From assembly GCF_031769215.1 (NCBI RefSeq), contig NW_026782006.1, positions 992,001 to 1,056,000 on the forward strand: a DNA stretch of 64,000 nt, written 5' to 3'. Made by a program: the position numbers and the translations under genes. Below the pieces are notes generated by a model. That model was not told the origin of the DNA. It worked only from the letters and a program-made list of their open reading frames with translations, and ran no database searches. The DNA comes from Ylistrum balloti. Taxonomy: Eukaryota. The first letter of the stretch is position 1; each line of letters starts with the position of its first letter. Positions 39,001 through 54,020 of the stretch are shown here, piece after piece.

Positions 39001-42000
39001 TGTTCTATGTGAAAACTTGACAATTCGCTTGTCCGTACTGTCGATATTACTTCAGCCATCATATATCTATTCCAGTAACACGCATCCAAAGAACAATTGT
39101 TTGTTAGGATCCAGTACGGATATTAGACCATAACCGTTAATATTACTTACCAGGTTTCATATATGTATATCACTCATACTTATCATTGCAGTCCCATTAT
39201 CTCTACTTTAATCTACTAATCAAACCTCACCTTCCAAGGTTCTGTGATCACATTGGCCTGAATGAATATGACATTTCTCCTGTTTACGTAGTTTACATGT
39301 TTATAATATCCTCGGTAAGTGTAGGACTAGACACTTTCATAGAGTTCTGATCATTTCAGCTTTTATGCAAAGGGGGTTTAATCTGCATTCGGTAAAAATG
39401 ATATCCGATCTTATTGACACATTTTATGGTCTTTACTTGTTCTTTAAACGTTAAGCGATGAAAAAATTGTTTACAGACCGACGATAGACTACGGACGTAA
39501 GGCGACTGTCCAGCATTTGAACTTGGGCTGAAAAAGATTACATATCAAAGGGTGTCCTCAAAAAGATCGCGGTTTTTCTTTTAACACCCTCGACTGTATA
39601 TGTTAAACGTAGTTACCTTATATATTTCTGACTACTATTTTTATCATGAATTGTAGGTAACAATATTGTATATATATATATACAGTCTACATACCAGGTG
39701 ATTTCCTAGGTAAATACAGTCTACATACCAGGTGCTTTCCCAGATAAGTACATTCTACATACCAGTTGATTCCCCAGGTAAGTACCATAATCATACCATT
39801 TGATTCCCCAGGTAAGTACCATAATCATACCAGGTGATTTCCCAGGTAAGAACAGTCTACATACCAGGTGCTTTCCCAGATAAGTACAGTCTACATACCA
39901 GATGATTTCCCAGGTATGTACAGCCTACATACCAAATGATTTACCAGGTAAGTACCGTCTACATACACAGGTGATTTTCCAGGTATGTACCGTCTACATA
40001 CCAGGTGATTTTCCAGGTAAGTACTTCTTCATACCAGGTGATTTCCCAGGTAAGTACCGTCTACATGCCAGGTGATTACCCGGAGAAGTACCGTTTACAT
40101 ACCAGATGATTTCCCAGGTAAATATATTCTACATACCACATGATTTCCCAGGTAAATATATTCTACATACCAGGTGATTTCTCAGGTATGTACCGTCTAC
40201 ATACCAGTTGATTTCCCAGGTAAGTACCGCCTACATACCAGGTGATTTCCCAGGTAAGTACCGTTTACATACCGGTTGATTTCCCAGGAAAGCACCGTTT
40301 ACGTACCAGTGATTTACCAGGTAAATACAGACTACATACCAGGTGATTTTCAGGTAAGTACAGCCCACATACCAGGTGATTTTCAGGTAAGTACAGCCTA
40401 CATACCAGGTAATTTCCCAGGTGTTAGTAAATTACAATAATGTCTATATGACATGCCTCGAGAGCGTCGCTCGAAACTATCACTGATACATGTTTACCTG
40501 CAAATCAACCTCCGACATCAAGGCCTTCCCGTTTTGACTACGGCTATTGGGTCTCCTAGAGAGACTTCTTCAGCAATTATTCAGGCTACAGCTCCGACAA
40601 GCACCTATACATTACAAGCCAATAGATGAAGTTTCAGACTGGGTCCCCTACCTGTTTGTTCTGTCACGAACTATAAAATAGAGAACATTTCCTTCTATAC
40701 TGTCCGAAACGGGAACGCAAACATGAAAAACATCTACCACAAATACTTTTAAACACCAGATATATACTATGAGTGTAGCTACTGATCCTGAAGTCGACAA
40801 GATTGTACCTTCCCGATAGTGCAAGAATTGTATAATCCAAGTGAAAACGACACGAGCAAAATCGAAAGAATCAGCCTATTTCTGGAATATTACCTTCATC
40901 TGCAAAGATCAAGTTTGATGGTCTCCAAATTGAAGCTAACCACTTCAGTGTACTATAACAAATGTCAGTTACTATTATGAGTCCAAGTAGGGGATATGTT
41001 GATTTAATGTAACTTCCTCTTCTAGCATACAATTTGTATGACTGCGCATTTAATCTTTCCGTGATGTGCGCAGCGTTGACGTGTGCATCAATTAATTTTC
41101 ATGCGTTAATGTGCATTACCCATTTCTAAACTGGGGTACAAATCCAGTTTTAAGTTTCAGCTAAATTATGACGACCGACACAAAAAATTGAAAAAATGAG
41201 CTGCACTTACATATTTATCTGCTTACATCCCAGTATGTAGGAATAACACTTTAAAAAATTGATAGAACTTCAATATCCAGGGCGTTGGATTGCAAGGTCA
41301 AGACACAAATGAGACAGGATATACAAAAATCCACCAATCATTTGACGAAATCCAAAAAAAAAGACACGCACTTCAACAATAACGGTAACACACAGATGTG
41401 TATGTGTATCGTTATATAACAGTGATGTTTATGTATCCAGGGTTTTCTATAAATATTTTAATAATAGGCTGTAAAATGGAGTAGGAGTCTGGCGAAGCCA
41501 GCCGACTGAGCCGTAACGCGGCGAGGCGGGGATGGTTTGAGGAGGGGGCACTGGCCCCCTCCAGGGGACTCAGGAGGTGGGGTGAGGGCTCCTGGAAAAA
41601 ATTGTAAACAAAGAAGCCTGTCGGTGCTAACATGGCTTAATTAAATGACCATGAATAACACAATGTTTAAAAGGCATCGTCCCATTCAGAATCTTCTTCA
41701 TCGCTGACAGTGTCCTCTTACCTTTCCTTCATTTCATGGTCAAGGTTTAGCCGTTGCACAGCCACCCTCACCTGGGACACAGGCTCACCAAGACCGCCAG
41801 ATACAACAGCTGGGTCAGTTTGTATCCCAGAGTCCTGGACCTCGGTCAGAAGTGCCTTATCAATCATGGCATATGAAATATCACGTTTGGGAGGTGGTTT
41901 ATAACTTTCTATTTATTTTGATGTTCTATGTGAAAATATGACAATTCGCTTGCCCGTACTGTCGATATTACTTCAGCCATCATATATCTACTCCAGTAAC

Positions 42001-45000
42001 ACGCATCCAAAGAACAATTGTTTGTTAGGATCCAGTACGGATATTAGACCATAACCGTTAATATTACTTACCAGGTTTCATATATGTATATCACTCATAC
42101 TTATCATTGCAGTCCCATTATCTCTACTTTAATCTACTAATCAAACCTCACCTTCCAAGGTTCTGTGATCACATTGGCCTGAATGAATATGACATTTCTC
42201 CTGTTTACGTAGTTTGCATGTTTATAATATCCTCGGTAAGTGTAGGACTAGACACTTTCATAGAGTTCTGATCATTTCAGCTTTTATGCAAAGGGGGTTT
42301 AATCTGCATTCGGTAAAAATGATATCCGATCTGATTGACACATTTTAAGGTCTTTACTTGTTCTTTAAACGTTAAGCGATGAAAAAATTGTTTACAGACC
42401 GACGATAGACTACGGACGATAAGCGACTTGTCCAGCATTTGAACTTGGGCTGAAAAAGATTACATTTCAAAGGGTGTCCTCAAAAAGATCGCGGTTTTTC
42501 TTTTAACACCCTCGACTGTATATGTTAAACGTAGTTACCTTATATATTTCTGACTACTATTTTTATCATGAATTGTAGGTAACAATATTGTATATATATA
42601 TATACAGTCTACATACCAGGTGATTTCCTAGGTAAATACAGTCTACATACCAGGTGCTTTCCCAGATAAGTACATTCTACATACCAGTTGATTCCCCAGG
42701 TAAGTACCATAATCATACCATTTGATTCCCCAGGTAAGTACCATAATCATACCAGGTGATTTCCCAGGTAAGAACAGTCTACATACCAGGTGCTTTCCCA
42801 GATAAGTACAGTCTACATACCAGATGATTTCCCAGGTATGTACAGCCTACATACCAAATGATTTACCAGGTAAGTACCGTCTACATACACAGGTGATTTT
42901 CCAGGTATGTACCGTCTACATACCAGGTGATTTTCCAGGTAAGTACTTCTTCATACCAGGTGATTTCCCAGGTAAGTACCGTCTACATGCCAGGTGATTA
43001 CCCGGAGAAGTACCGTTTACATACCAGATGATTTCCCAGGTAAATATATTCTACATACCACATGATTTCCCAGGTAAATATATTCTACATACCAGGTGAT
43101 TTCTCAGGTATGTACCGTCTACATACCAGTTGATTTCCCAGGTAAGTACCGCCTACATACCAGGTGATTTCCCAGGTAAGTACCGTTTACATACCGGTTG
43201 ATTTCCCAGGTAAGTACCGTTTACATACCGGTTGATTTCCCAGGAAAACACCGTTTACGTACCAGTGATTTACCAGGTAAATACAGACTACATACCAGGG
43301 GGTTTTCAGGTAAGTACAGCCTACATACCAGGTGATTTTCAGGTAAGTACAGCCTACATAACAGGTGATTTCCCAGGTAAGTACAGCCTACATACCAAAT
43401 AATTTCCCAGGTGTTAGTAAATTACAATAATGTCTATATGACATGCCTCGAGAGCGTCGCTCGAAACTATCACTGATACATGTTTACCTGCAAATCAACC
43501 TCCGACATCAAGGCCTTCCCGTTTTGACTACGGCTATTGGGTCTCCTAGAGAGACTTCTTCAGCAATTATTCAGGCTACAGCTCCGACAAGCACCTATAC
43601 ATTACAAGCCAATAGATGAAGTTTCAGACTGGGTCCCCTACCTGTTTGTTCTGTCACGAACTATAAAATAGAGAACATTTCCTTCTATACTGTCCGAAAC
43701 GGGAACGCAAACATGAAAAACATCTACCACAAATACTTTTAAACACCAGATATATACTATGAGTGTAGCTACTGATCCTGAAGTCGACAAGATTGTACCT
43801 TCCCGATAGTGCAAGAATTGTATAATCCAAGTGAAAACGACACGAGCAAAATCGAAAGAATCAGCCTATTTCTGGAATATTACCTTCATCTGCAAAGATC
43901 AAGTTTGATGGTCTCCAAATTGAAGCTAACCACTTCAGTGTACTATAACAAATGTCAGTTACTATTATGAGTCCAAGTAGGGGATATGTTGATTTAATGT
44001 AACTTCCTCTTCTAGCATACAATTTGTATGACTGCGCATTTAATCTTTCCGTGATGTGCGCAGCGTTGACGTGTGCATCAATTAATTTTCATGCGTTAAT
44101 GTGCATTACCCATTTCTAAACTGGGGTACAAATCCAGTTTTAAGTTTCAGCTAAATTATGACGACCGACACAAAAAATTGAAAAAATGAGCTGCACTTAC
44201 ATATTTATCTGCTTACATCCCAGTATGTAGGAATAACACTTTAAAAAATTGATAGAACTTCAATATCCAGGGCGTTGGATTGCAAGGTCAAGACACAAAT
44301 GAGACAGGATATACAAAAATCCACCAATCATTTGACGAAATCCAAAAAAAAAGACACGCACTTCAACAATAACGGTAACACACAGATGTGTATGTGTATC
44401 GTTATATAACAGTGATGTTTATGTATCCAGGGTTTTCTATAAATATTTTAATAATAGGCTGTAAAATGGAGTAGGAGTCTGGCGAAGCCAGCCGACTGAG
44501 CCGTAACGCGGCGAGGCGGGGATGGTTTGAGGAGGGGGCACTGGCCCCCTCCAGGGGGACTCAGGAGGTGGGGTGAGGGCTCCTGGAAAAAATTGTAAAC
44601 AAAGAAGCCTGTCGGTGCTAACATGGCTTAATTAAATGACCATGAATAACACAATGTTTAAAAGGCATCGTCCCATTCAGAATCTTCTTCATCGCTGACA
44701 GTGTCCTCTTACCTTTCCTTCATTTCATGGTCAAGGTTTAGCCGTTGCACAGCCACCCTCACCTGGGACACAGGCTCACCAAGACCGCCAGATACAACAG
44801 CTGGGTCAGTTTGTATCCCAGAGTCCTGGACCTCGGTCAGAAGTGCCTTATCAATCATGGCATATGAAATATCACGTTTGGGAGGTGGTTTATAACTTTC
44901 TATTTATTTTGATGTTCTATGTGAAAATATGACAATTCGCTTGCCCGTACTGTCGATATTACTTCAGCCATCATATATCTACTCCAGTAACACGCATCCA

Positions 45001-48000
45001 AAGAACAATTGTTTGTTAGGATCCAGTACGGATATTAGACCATAACCGTTAATATTACTTACCAGGTTTCATATATGTATATCACTCATACTTATCATTG
45101 CAGTCCCATTATCTCTACTTTAATCTACTAATCAAACCTCACCTTCCAAGGTTCTGTGATCACATTGGCCTGAATGAATATGACATTTCTCCTGTTTACG
45201 TAGTTTGCATGTTTATAATATCCTCGGTAAGTGTAGGACTAGACACTTTCATAGAGTTCTGATCATTTCAGCTTTTATGCAAAGGGGGTTTAATCTGCAT
45301 TCGGTAAAAATGATATCCGATCTGATTGACACATTTTAAGGTCTTTACTTGTTCTTTAAACGTTAAGCGATGAAAAAATTGTTTACAGACCGACGATAGA
45401 CTACGGACGATAAGCGACTTGTCCAGCATTTGAACTTGGGCTGAAAAAGATTACATTTCAAAGGGTGTCCTCAAAAAGATCGCGGTTTTTCTTTTAACAC
45501 CCTCGACTGTATATGTTAAACGTAGTTACCTTATATATTTCTGACTACTATTTTTATCATGAATTGTAGGTAACAATATTGTATATATATATATACAGTC
45601 TACATACCAGGTGATTTCCTAGGTAAATACAGTCTACATACCAGGTGCTTTCCCAGATAAGTACATTCTACATACCAGTTGATTCCCCAGGTAAGTACCA
45701 TAATCATACCATTTGATTCCCCAGGTAAGTACCATAATCATACCAGGTGATTTCCCAGGTAAGAACAGTCTACATACCAGGTGCTTTCCCAGATAAGTAC
45801 AGTCTACATACCAGATGATTTCCCAGGTATGTACAGCCTACATACCAAATGATTTACCAGGTAAGTACCGTCTACATACACAGGTGATTTTCCAGGTATG
45901 TACCGTCTACATACCAGGTGATTTTCCAGGTAAGTACTTCTTCATACCAGGTGATTTCCCAGGTAAGTACCGTCTACATGCCAGGTGATTACCCGGAGAA
46001 GTACCGTTTACATACCAGATGATTTCCCAGGTAAATATATTCTACATACCACATGATTTCCCAGGTAAATATATTCTACATACCAGGTGATTTCTCAGGT
46101 ATGTACCGTCTACATACCAGTTGATTTCCCAGGTAAGTACCGCCTACATACCAGGTGATTTCCCAGGTAAGTACCGTTTACATACCGGTTGATTTCCCAG
46201 GTAAGTACCGTTTACATACCGGTTGATTTCCCAGGAAAACACCGTTTACGTACCAGTGATTTACCAGGTAAATACAGACTACATACCAGGGGGTTTTCAG
46301 GTAAGTACAGCCTACATACCAGGTGATTTTCAGGTAAGTACAGCCTACATAACAGGTGATTTCCCAGGTAAGTACAGCCTACATACCAAATAATTTCCCA
46401 GGTGTTAGTAAATTACAATAATGTCTATATGACATGCCTCGAGAGCGTCGCTCGAAACTATCACTGATACATGTTTACCTGCAAATCAACCTCCGACATC
46501 AAGGCCTTCCCGTTTTGACTACGGCTATTGGGTCTCCTAGAGAGACTTCTTCAGCAATTATTCAGGCTACAGCTCCGACAAGCACCTATACATTACAAGC
46601 CAATAGATGAAGTTTCAGACTGGGTCCCCTACCTGTTTGTTCTGTCACGAACTATAAAATAGAGAACATTTCCTTCTATACTGTCCGAAACGGGAACGCA
46701 AACATGAAAAACATCTACCACAAATACTTTTAAACACCAGATATATACTATGAGTGTAGCTACTGATCCTGAAGTCGACAAGATTGTACCTTCCCGATAG
46801 TGCAAGAATTGTATAATCCAAGTGAAAACGACACGAGCAAAATCGAAAGAATCAGCCTATTTCTGGAATATTACCTTCATCTGCAAAGATCAAGTTTGAT
46901 GGTCTCCAAATTGAAGCTAACCACTTCAGTGTACTATAACAAATGTCAGTTACTATTATGAGTCCAAGTAGGGGATATGTTGATTTAATGTAACTTCCTC
47001 TTCTAGCATACAATTTGTATGACTGCGCATTTAATCTTTCCGTGATGTGCGCAGCGTTGACGTGTGCATCAATTAATTTTCATGCGTTAATGTGCATTAC
47101 CCATTTCTAAACTGGGGTACAAATCCAGTTTTAAGTTTCAGCTAAATTATGACGACCGACACAAAAAATTGAAAAAATGAGCTGCACTTACATATTTATC
47201 TGCTTACATCCCAGTATGTAGGAATAACACTTTAAAAAATTGATAGAACTTCAATATCCAGGGCGTTGGATTGCAAGGTCAAGACACAAATGAGACAGGA
47301 TATACAAAAATCCACCAATCATTTGACGAAATCCAAAAAAAAAGACACGCACTTCAACAATAACGGTAACACACAGATGTGTATGTGTATCGTTATATAA
47401 CAGTGATGTTTATGTATCCAGGGTTTTCTATAAATATTTTAATAATAGGCTGTAAAATGGAGTAGGAGTCTGGCGAAGCCAGCCGACTGAGCCGTAACGC
47501 GGCGAGGCGGGGATGGTTTGAGGAGGGGGCACTGGCCCCCTCCAGGGGGACTCAGGAGGTGGGGTGAGGGCTCCTGGAAAAAATTGTAAACAAAGAAGCC
47601 TGTCGGTGCTAACATGGCTTAATTAAATGACCATGAATAACACAATGTTTAAAAGGCATCGTCCCATTCAGAATCTTCTTCATCGCTGACAGTGTCCTCT
47701 TACCTTTCCTTCATTTCATGGTCAAGGTTTAGCCGTTGCACAGCCACCCTCACCTGGGACACAGGCTCACCAAGACCGCCAGATACAACAGCTGGGTCAG
47801 TTTGTATCCCAGAGTCCTGGACCTCGGTCAGAAGTGCCTTATCAATCATGGCATATGAAATATCACGTTTGGGAGGTGGTTTATAACTTTCTATTTATTT
47901 TGATGTTCTATGTGAAAATATGACAATTCGCTTGCCCGTACTGTCGATATTACTTCAGCCATCATATATCTACTCCAGTAACACGCATCCAAAGAACAAT

Positions 48001-51000
48001 TGTTTGTTAGGATCCAGTACGGATATTAGACCATAACCGTTAATATTACTTACCAGGTTTCATATATGTATATCACTCATACTTATCATTGCAGTCCCAT
48101 TATCTCTACTTTAATCTACTAATCAAACCTCACCTTCCAAGGTTCTGTGATCACATTGGCCTGAATGAATATGACATTTCTCCTGTTTACGTAGTTTGCA
48201 TGTTTATAATATCCTCGGTAAGTGTAGGACTAGACACTTTCATAGAGTTCTGATCATTTCAGCTTTTATGCAAAGGGGGTTTAATCTGCATTCGGTAAAA
48301 ATGATATCCGATCTGATTGACACATTTTAAGGTCTTTACTTGTTCTTTAAACGTTAAGCGATGAAAAAATTGTTTACAGACCGACGATAGACTACGGACG
48401 ATAAGCGACTTGTCCAGCATTTGAACTTGGGCTGAAAAAGATTACATTTCAAAGGGTGTCCTCAAAAAGATCGCGGTTTTTCTTTTAACACCCTCGACTG
48501 TATATGTTAAACGTAGTTACCTTATATATTTCTGACTACTATTTTTATCATGAATTGTAGGTAACAATATTGTATATATATATATACAGTCTACATACCA
48601 GGTGATTTCCTAGGTAAATACAGTCTACATACCAGGTGCTTTCCCAGATAAGTACATTCTACATACCAGTTGATTCCCCAGGTAAGTACCATAATCATAC
48701 CATTTGATTCCCCAGGTAAGTACCATAATCATACCAGGTGATTTCCCAGGTAAGAACAGTCTACATACCAGGTGCTTTCCCAGATAAGTACAGTCTACAT
48801 ACCAGATGATTTCCCAGGTATGTACAGCCTACATACCAAATGATTTACCAGGTAAGTACCGTCTACATACACAGGTGATTTTCCAGGTATGTACCGTCTA
48901 CATACCAGGTGATTTTCCAGGTAAGTACTTCTTCATACCAGGTGATTTCCCAGGTAAGTACCGTCTACATGCCAGGTGATTACCCGGAGAAGTACCGTTT
49001 ACATACCAGATGATTTCCCAGGTAAATATATTCTACATACCACATGATTTCCCAGGTAAATATATTCTACATACCAGGTGATTTCTCAGGTATGTACCGT
49101 CTACATACCAGTTGATTTCCCAGGTAAGTACCGCCTACATACCAGGTGATTTCCCAGGTAAGTACCGTTTACATACCGGTTGATTTCCCAGGTAAGTACC
49201 GTTTACATACCGGTTGATTTCCCAGGAAAACACCGTTTACGTACCAGTGATTTACCAGGTAAATACAGACTACATACCAGGGGGTTTTCAGGTAAGTACA
49301 GCCTACATACCAGGTGATTTTCAGGTAAGTACAGCCTACATAACAGGTGATTTCCCAGGTAAGTACAGCCTACATACCAAATAATTTCCCAGGTGTTAGT
49401 AAATTACAATAATGTCTATATGACATGCCTCGAGAGCGTCGCTCGAAACTATCACTGATACATGTTTACCTGCAAATCAACCTCCGACATCAAGGCCTTC
49501 CCGTTTTGACTACGGCTATTGGGTCTCCTAGAGAGACTTCTTCAGCAATTATTCAGGCTACAGCTCCGACAAGCACCTATACATTACAAGCCAATAGATG
49601 AAGTTTCAGACTGGGTCCCCTACCTGTTTGTTCTGTCACGAACTATAAAATAGAGAACATTTCCTTCTATACTGTCCGAAACGGGAACGCAAACATGAAA
49701 AACATCTACCACAAATACTTTTAAACACCAGATATATACTATGAGTGTAGCTACTGATCCTGAAGTCGACAAGATTGTACCTTCCCGATAGTGCAAGAAT
49801 TGTATAATCCAAGTGAAAACGACACGAGCAAAATCGAAAGAATCAGCCTATTTCTGGAATATTACCTTCATCTGCAAAGATCAAGTTTGATGGTCTCCAA
49901 ATTGAAGCTAACCACTTCAGTGTACTATAACAAATGTCAGTTACTATTATGAGTCCAAGTAGGGGATATGTTGATTTAATGTAACTTCCTCTTCTAACAT
50001 ACAATTTGTATGACTGCGCATTTAATCTTTCCGTGATGTGCGCAGCGTTGACGTGTGCATCAATTAATTTTCATGCGTTAATGTGCATTACCCATTTCTA
50101 AACTGGGGTACAAATCCAGTTTTAAGTTTCAGCTAAATTATGACGACCGACACAAAAAATTGAAAAAATGAGCTGCACTTACATATTTATCTGCTTACAT
50201 CCCAGTATGTAGGAATAACACTTTAAAAAATTGATAGAACTTCAATATCCAGGGCGTTGGATTGCAAGGTCAAGACACAAATGAGACAGGATATACAAAA
50301 ATCCACCAATCATTTGACGAAATCCAAAAAAAAGACACGCACTTCAACAATAACGGTAACACACAGATGTGTATGTGTATCGTTATATAACAGTGATGTT
50401 TATGTATCCAGGGTTTTCTATAAATATTTTAATAATAGGCTGTAAAATGGAGTAGGAGTCTGGCGAAGCCAGCCGACTGAGCCGTAACGCGGCGAGGCGG
50501 GGATGGTTTGAGGAGGGGGCACTGGCCCCCTCCAGGGGACTCAGGAGGTGGGGTGAGGGCTCCTGGAAAAAATTGTAAACAAAGAAGCCTGTCGGTGCTA
50601 ACATGGCTTAATTAAATGACCATGAATAACACAATGTTTAAAAGGCATCGTCCCATTCAGAATCTTCTTCATCGCTGACAGTGTCCTCTTACCTTTCCTT
50701 CATTTCATGGTCAAGGTTTAGCCGTTGCACAGCCACCCTCACCTGGGACACAGGCTCACCAAGACCGCCAGATACAACAGCTGGGTCAGTTTGTATCCCA
50801 GAGTCCTGGACCTCGGTCAGAAGTGCCTTATCAATCATGGCATATGAAATATCACGTTTGGGAGGTGGTTTATAACTTTCTATTTATTTTGATGTTCTAT
50901 GTGAAAATATGACAATTCGCTTGTCCGTACTGTCGATATTACTTCAGCCATCATATATCTACTCCAGTAACACGCATCCAAAGAACAATTGTTTGTTAGG

Positions 51001-52777
51001 ATCCAGTACGGATATTAGACCATAACCGTTAATATTACTTACCAGGTTTCATATATGTATATCACTCATACTTATCATTGCAGTCCCATTATCTCTACTT
51101 TAATCTACTAATCAAACCTCACCTTCCAAGGTTCTGTGATCACATTGGCCTGAATGAATATGACATTTCTCCTGTTTACGTAGTTTGCATGTTTATAATA
51201 TCCTCGGTAAGTGTAGGACTAGACACTTTCATAGAGTTCTGATCATTTCAGCTTTTATGCAAAGGGGGTTTAATCTGCATTCGGTAAAAATGATATCCGA
51301 TCTGATTGACACATTTTAAGGTCTTTACTTGTTCTTTAAACGTTAAGCGATGAAAAAAATTGTTTACAGACCGACGATAGACTACGGACGATAAGCGACT
51401 TGTCCAGCATTTGAACTTGGGCTGAAAAAGATTACATTTCAAAGGGTGTCCTCAAAAAGATCGCGGTTTTTCTTTTAACACCCTCGACTGTATATGTTAA
51501 ACGTAGTTACCTTATATATTTCTGACTACTATTTTTATCATGAATTGTAGGTAACAATATTGTATATATATATATACAGTCTACATACCAGGTGATTTCC
51601 TAGGTAAATACAGTCTACATACCAGGTGCTTTCCCAGATAAGTACATTCTACATACCAGTTGATTCCCCAGGTAAGTACCATAATCATACCATTTGATTC
51701 CCCAGGTAAGTACCATAATCATACCAGGTGATTTCCCAGGTAAGAACAGTCTACATACCAGGTGCTTTCCCAGATAAGTACAGTCTACATACCAGATGAT
51801 TTCCCAGGTATGTACAGCCTACATACCAAATGATTTACCAGGTAAGTACCGTCTACATACACAGGTGATTTTCCAGGTATGTACCGTCTACATACCAGGT
51901 GATTTTCCAGGTAAGTACTTCTTCATACCAGGTGATTTCCCAGGTAAGTACCGTCTACATGCCAGGTGATTACCCGGAGAAGTACCGTTTACATACCAGA
52001 TGATTTCCCAGGTAAATATATTCTACATACCAGGTGATTTCTCAGGTATGTACCGTCTACATACCAGTTGATTTCCCAGGTAAGTACCGCCTACATACCA
52101 GGTGATTTCCCAGGTAAGTACCGTTTACATACCGGTTGATTTCCCAGGTAAGTACCGTTTACATACCGGTTGATTTCCCAGGAAAACACCGTTTACGTAC
52201 CAGTGATTTACCAGGTAAATACAGACTACATACCAGGGGGTTTTCAGGTAAGTACAGCCTACATACCAGGTGATTTTCAGGTAAGTACAGCCTACATAAC
52301 AGGTGATTTCCCAGGTAAGTACAGCCTACATACCAAATAATTTCCCAGGTGTTAGTAAATTACAATAATGTCTATATGACATGCCTCGAGAGCGTCGCTC
52401 GAAACTATCACTGATACATGTTTACCTGCAAATCAACCTCCGACATCAAGGCCTTCCCGTTTTGACTACGGCTATTGGGTCTCCTAGAGAGACTTCTTCA
52501 GCAATTATTCAGGCTACAGCTCCGACAAGCACCTATACATTACAAGCCAATAGATGAAGTTTCAGACTGGGTCCCCTACCTGTTTGTTCTGTCACGAACT
52601 ATAAAATAGAGAACATTTCCTTCTATACTGTCCGAAACGGGAACGCAAACATGAAAAACATCTACCACAAATACTTTTAAACACCAGATATATACTATGA
52701 GTGTAGCTACTGATCCTGAAGTCGACAAGATTGTACCTTCTCGATAGTGCAAGAACTGCATAATCCAAGTGAAAACG
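36046..52777. repeat. Tandem macrosatellite/segmental array, ~3-kb unit, about 5.7 copies
   Basis: The same landmark ORF starts at 36241, 38789, 41710, 44701, 47692 and 50681, giving periods of 2548, 2921, 2991, 2991 and 2989. Length differences arise mainly in the internal minisatellite. Confidence 0.98.
39680..40425. repeat. 33-34-bp minisatellite (GTACAGTCTACATACCAGGTGATTTCCCAGGTAA) inside each array unit
   Basis: Other copies at about 37130-37505, 42603-43415, 45595-46405, 48585-49395 and 51575-52355. Confidence 0.95.
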
Positions 52778-52784
52778 GTAACAT

Positions 52785-54020
52785 TATCGGTATATCACAG
52801 TAATGTTTATGTATCGGTATATCACAGTAATGTTTATGTATCGGTATATCACAGTAATGTTTATGTGTAGGTATATAACAGTAATGTCTATGTATTGGTA
52901 TACCACATTAATGTTTATGTATCGGTATATCACAGTAATGTTTATGTGTAGGTATATAACAGTAATGTCTATGTATTGGTATACCACATTAATGTTTAGG
53001 TATCGGTATATCACATTAATGTTTAGGTATCGGTATATCATAGTGGTGTTTATGTATCGGTATATCACAGTGTTGTATGTATACCACAGTGGGTATACGG
53101 TATATCACAGTAATGTGTGTGTATATGTATCGGTATATCACAGTAATGTTTATGTGTCACAGTGTTGTTTATGTATATACCACAGTGGTGTATGTATGTA
53201 TATCAGTAATGTATGTGTGGTATATCACAGTAATGTTTATGTGTAGGTATATAACAGTAATGTCTATGTATTGGTATATCACAGTAATGTTTATGTGTAG
53301 GTATATAACAGTAATGTCTATGTATTGGTATACCACATTAATGTTTAGGTATCGGTATATCACATTAATGTTTAGGTATCGGTATATCATAGTGGTGTTT
53401 ATGTATCGGTATATCACAGTGTTGTTTATGTATCGGTATACCACAGTGGTGTTTATGTATCGGTATATCACAGTAATGTTTATGTGTAGGTATATAACAG
53501 TAATGTCTATGTATCGGTATATCACAGTAATGTTTATGTATCGGTATATCACAGTAATGTCTATGTATTGGTATATCACAGTAATGTTTATGTGTAGGTA
53601 TATAACAGTAATGTCTATGTATTGGTATATCACAGTAATGTTTATGTGTAGGTATATAACAGTAATGTCTATGTATTGGTATACCACATTAATGTTTAGG
53701 TATCGGTATATCACAGTGTTGTTTATGTATCGGTATATCACAGTAATGTTTATGTATCGGTATATCACAGTAATGTTTATGTATCGGTATATCACAGTAA
53801 TGTTTATGTATCGGTATATCACAGTAATGTCTATGTATTGGTATATCACAGTAATGTTTATGTGTAGGTATATAACAGTGATGTCTATGTATTGGTATAC
53901 CACATTAATGTTTAGGTATCGGTATATCACATTAATGTTTAGGTATCGGTATATCATAGTGGTGTTTATGTATCGGTATATCACAGTGTTGTTTATGTAT
54001 CGGTATACCACAGTGGTGTT
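52785..54020. repeat. 27-bp minisatellite (TATCGGTATATCACAGTAATGTTTATG)
   Basis: Tandem copies. Source of the YRYITVMFM ORFs. Confidence 0.96.

Noticed and set aside
36241-50875. Six copies of the plus-strand 64-aa ORF MSSYLSF... as a tandem gene family
   Set aside because: GTG start and no protein features. The opposite strand carries the more protein-like frame.
36046-52777. snRNA, 5S, tRNA or histone gene cluster as the explanation of the 3-kb array
   Set aside because: No recognisable U1/U2/U6, 5S, tRNA or histone sequence. The U1 match is limited to 11 nt within the minisatellite.
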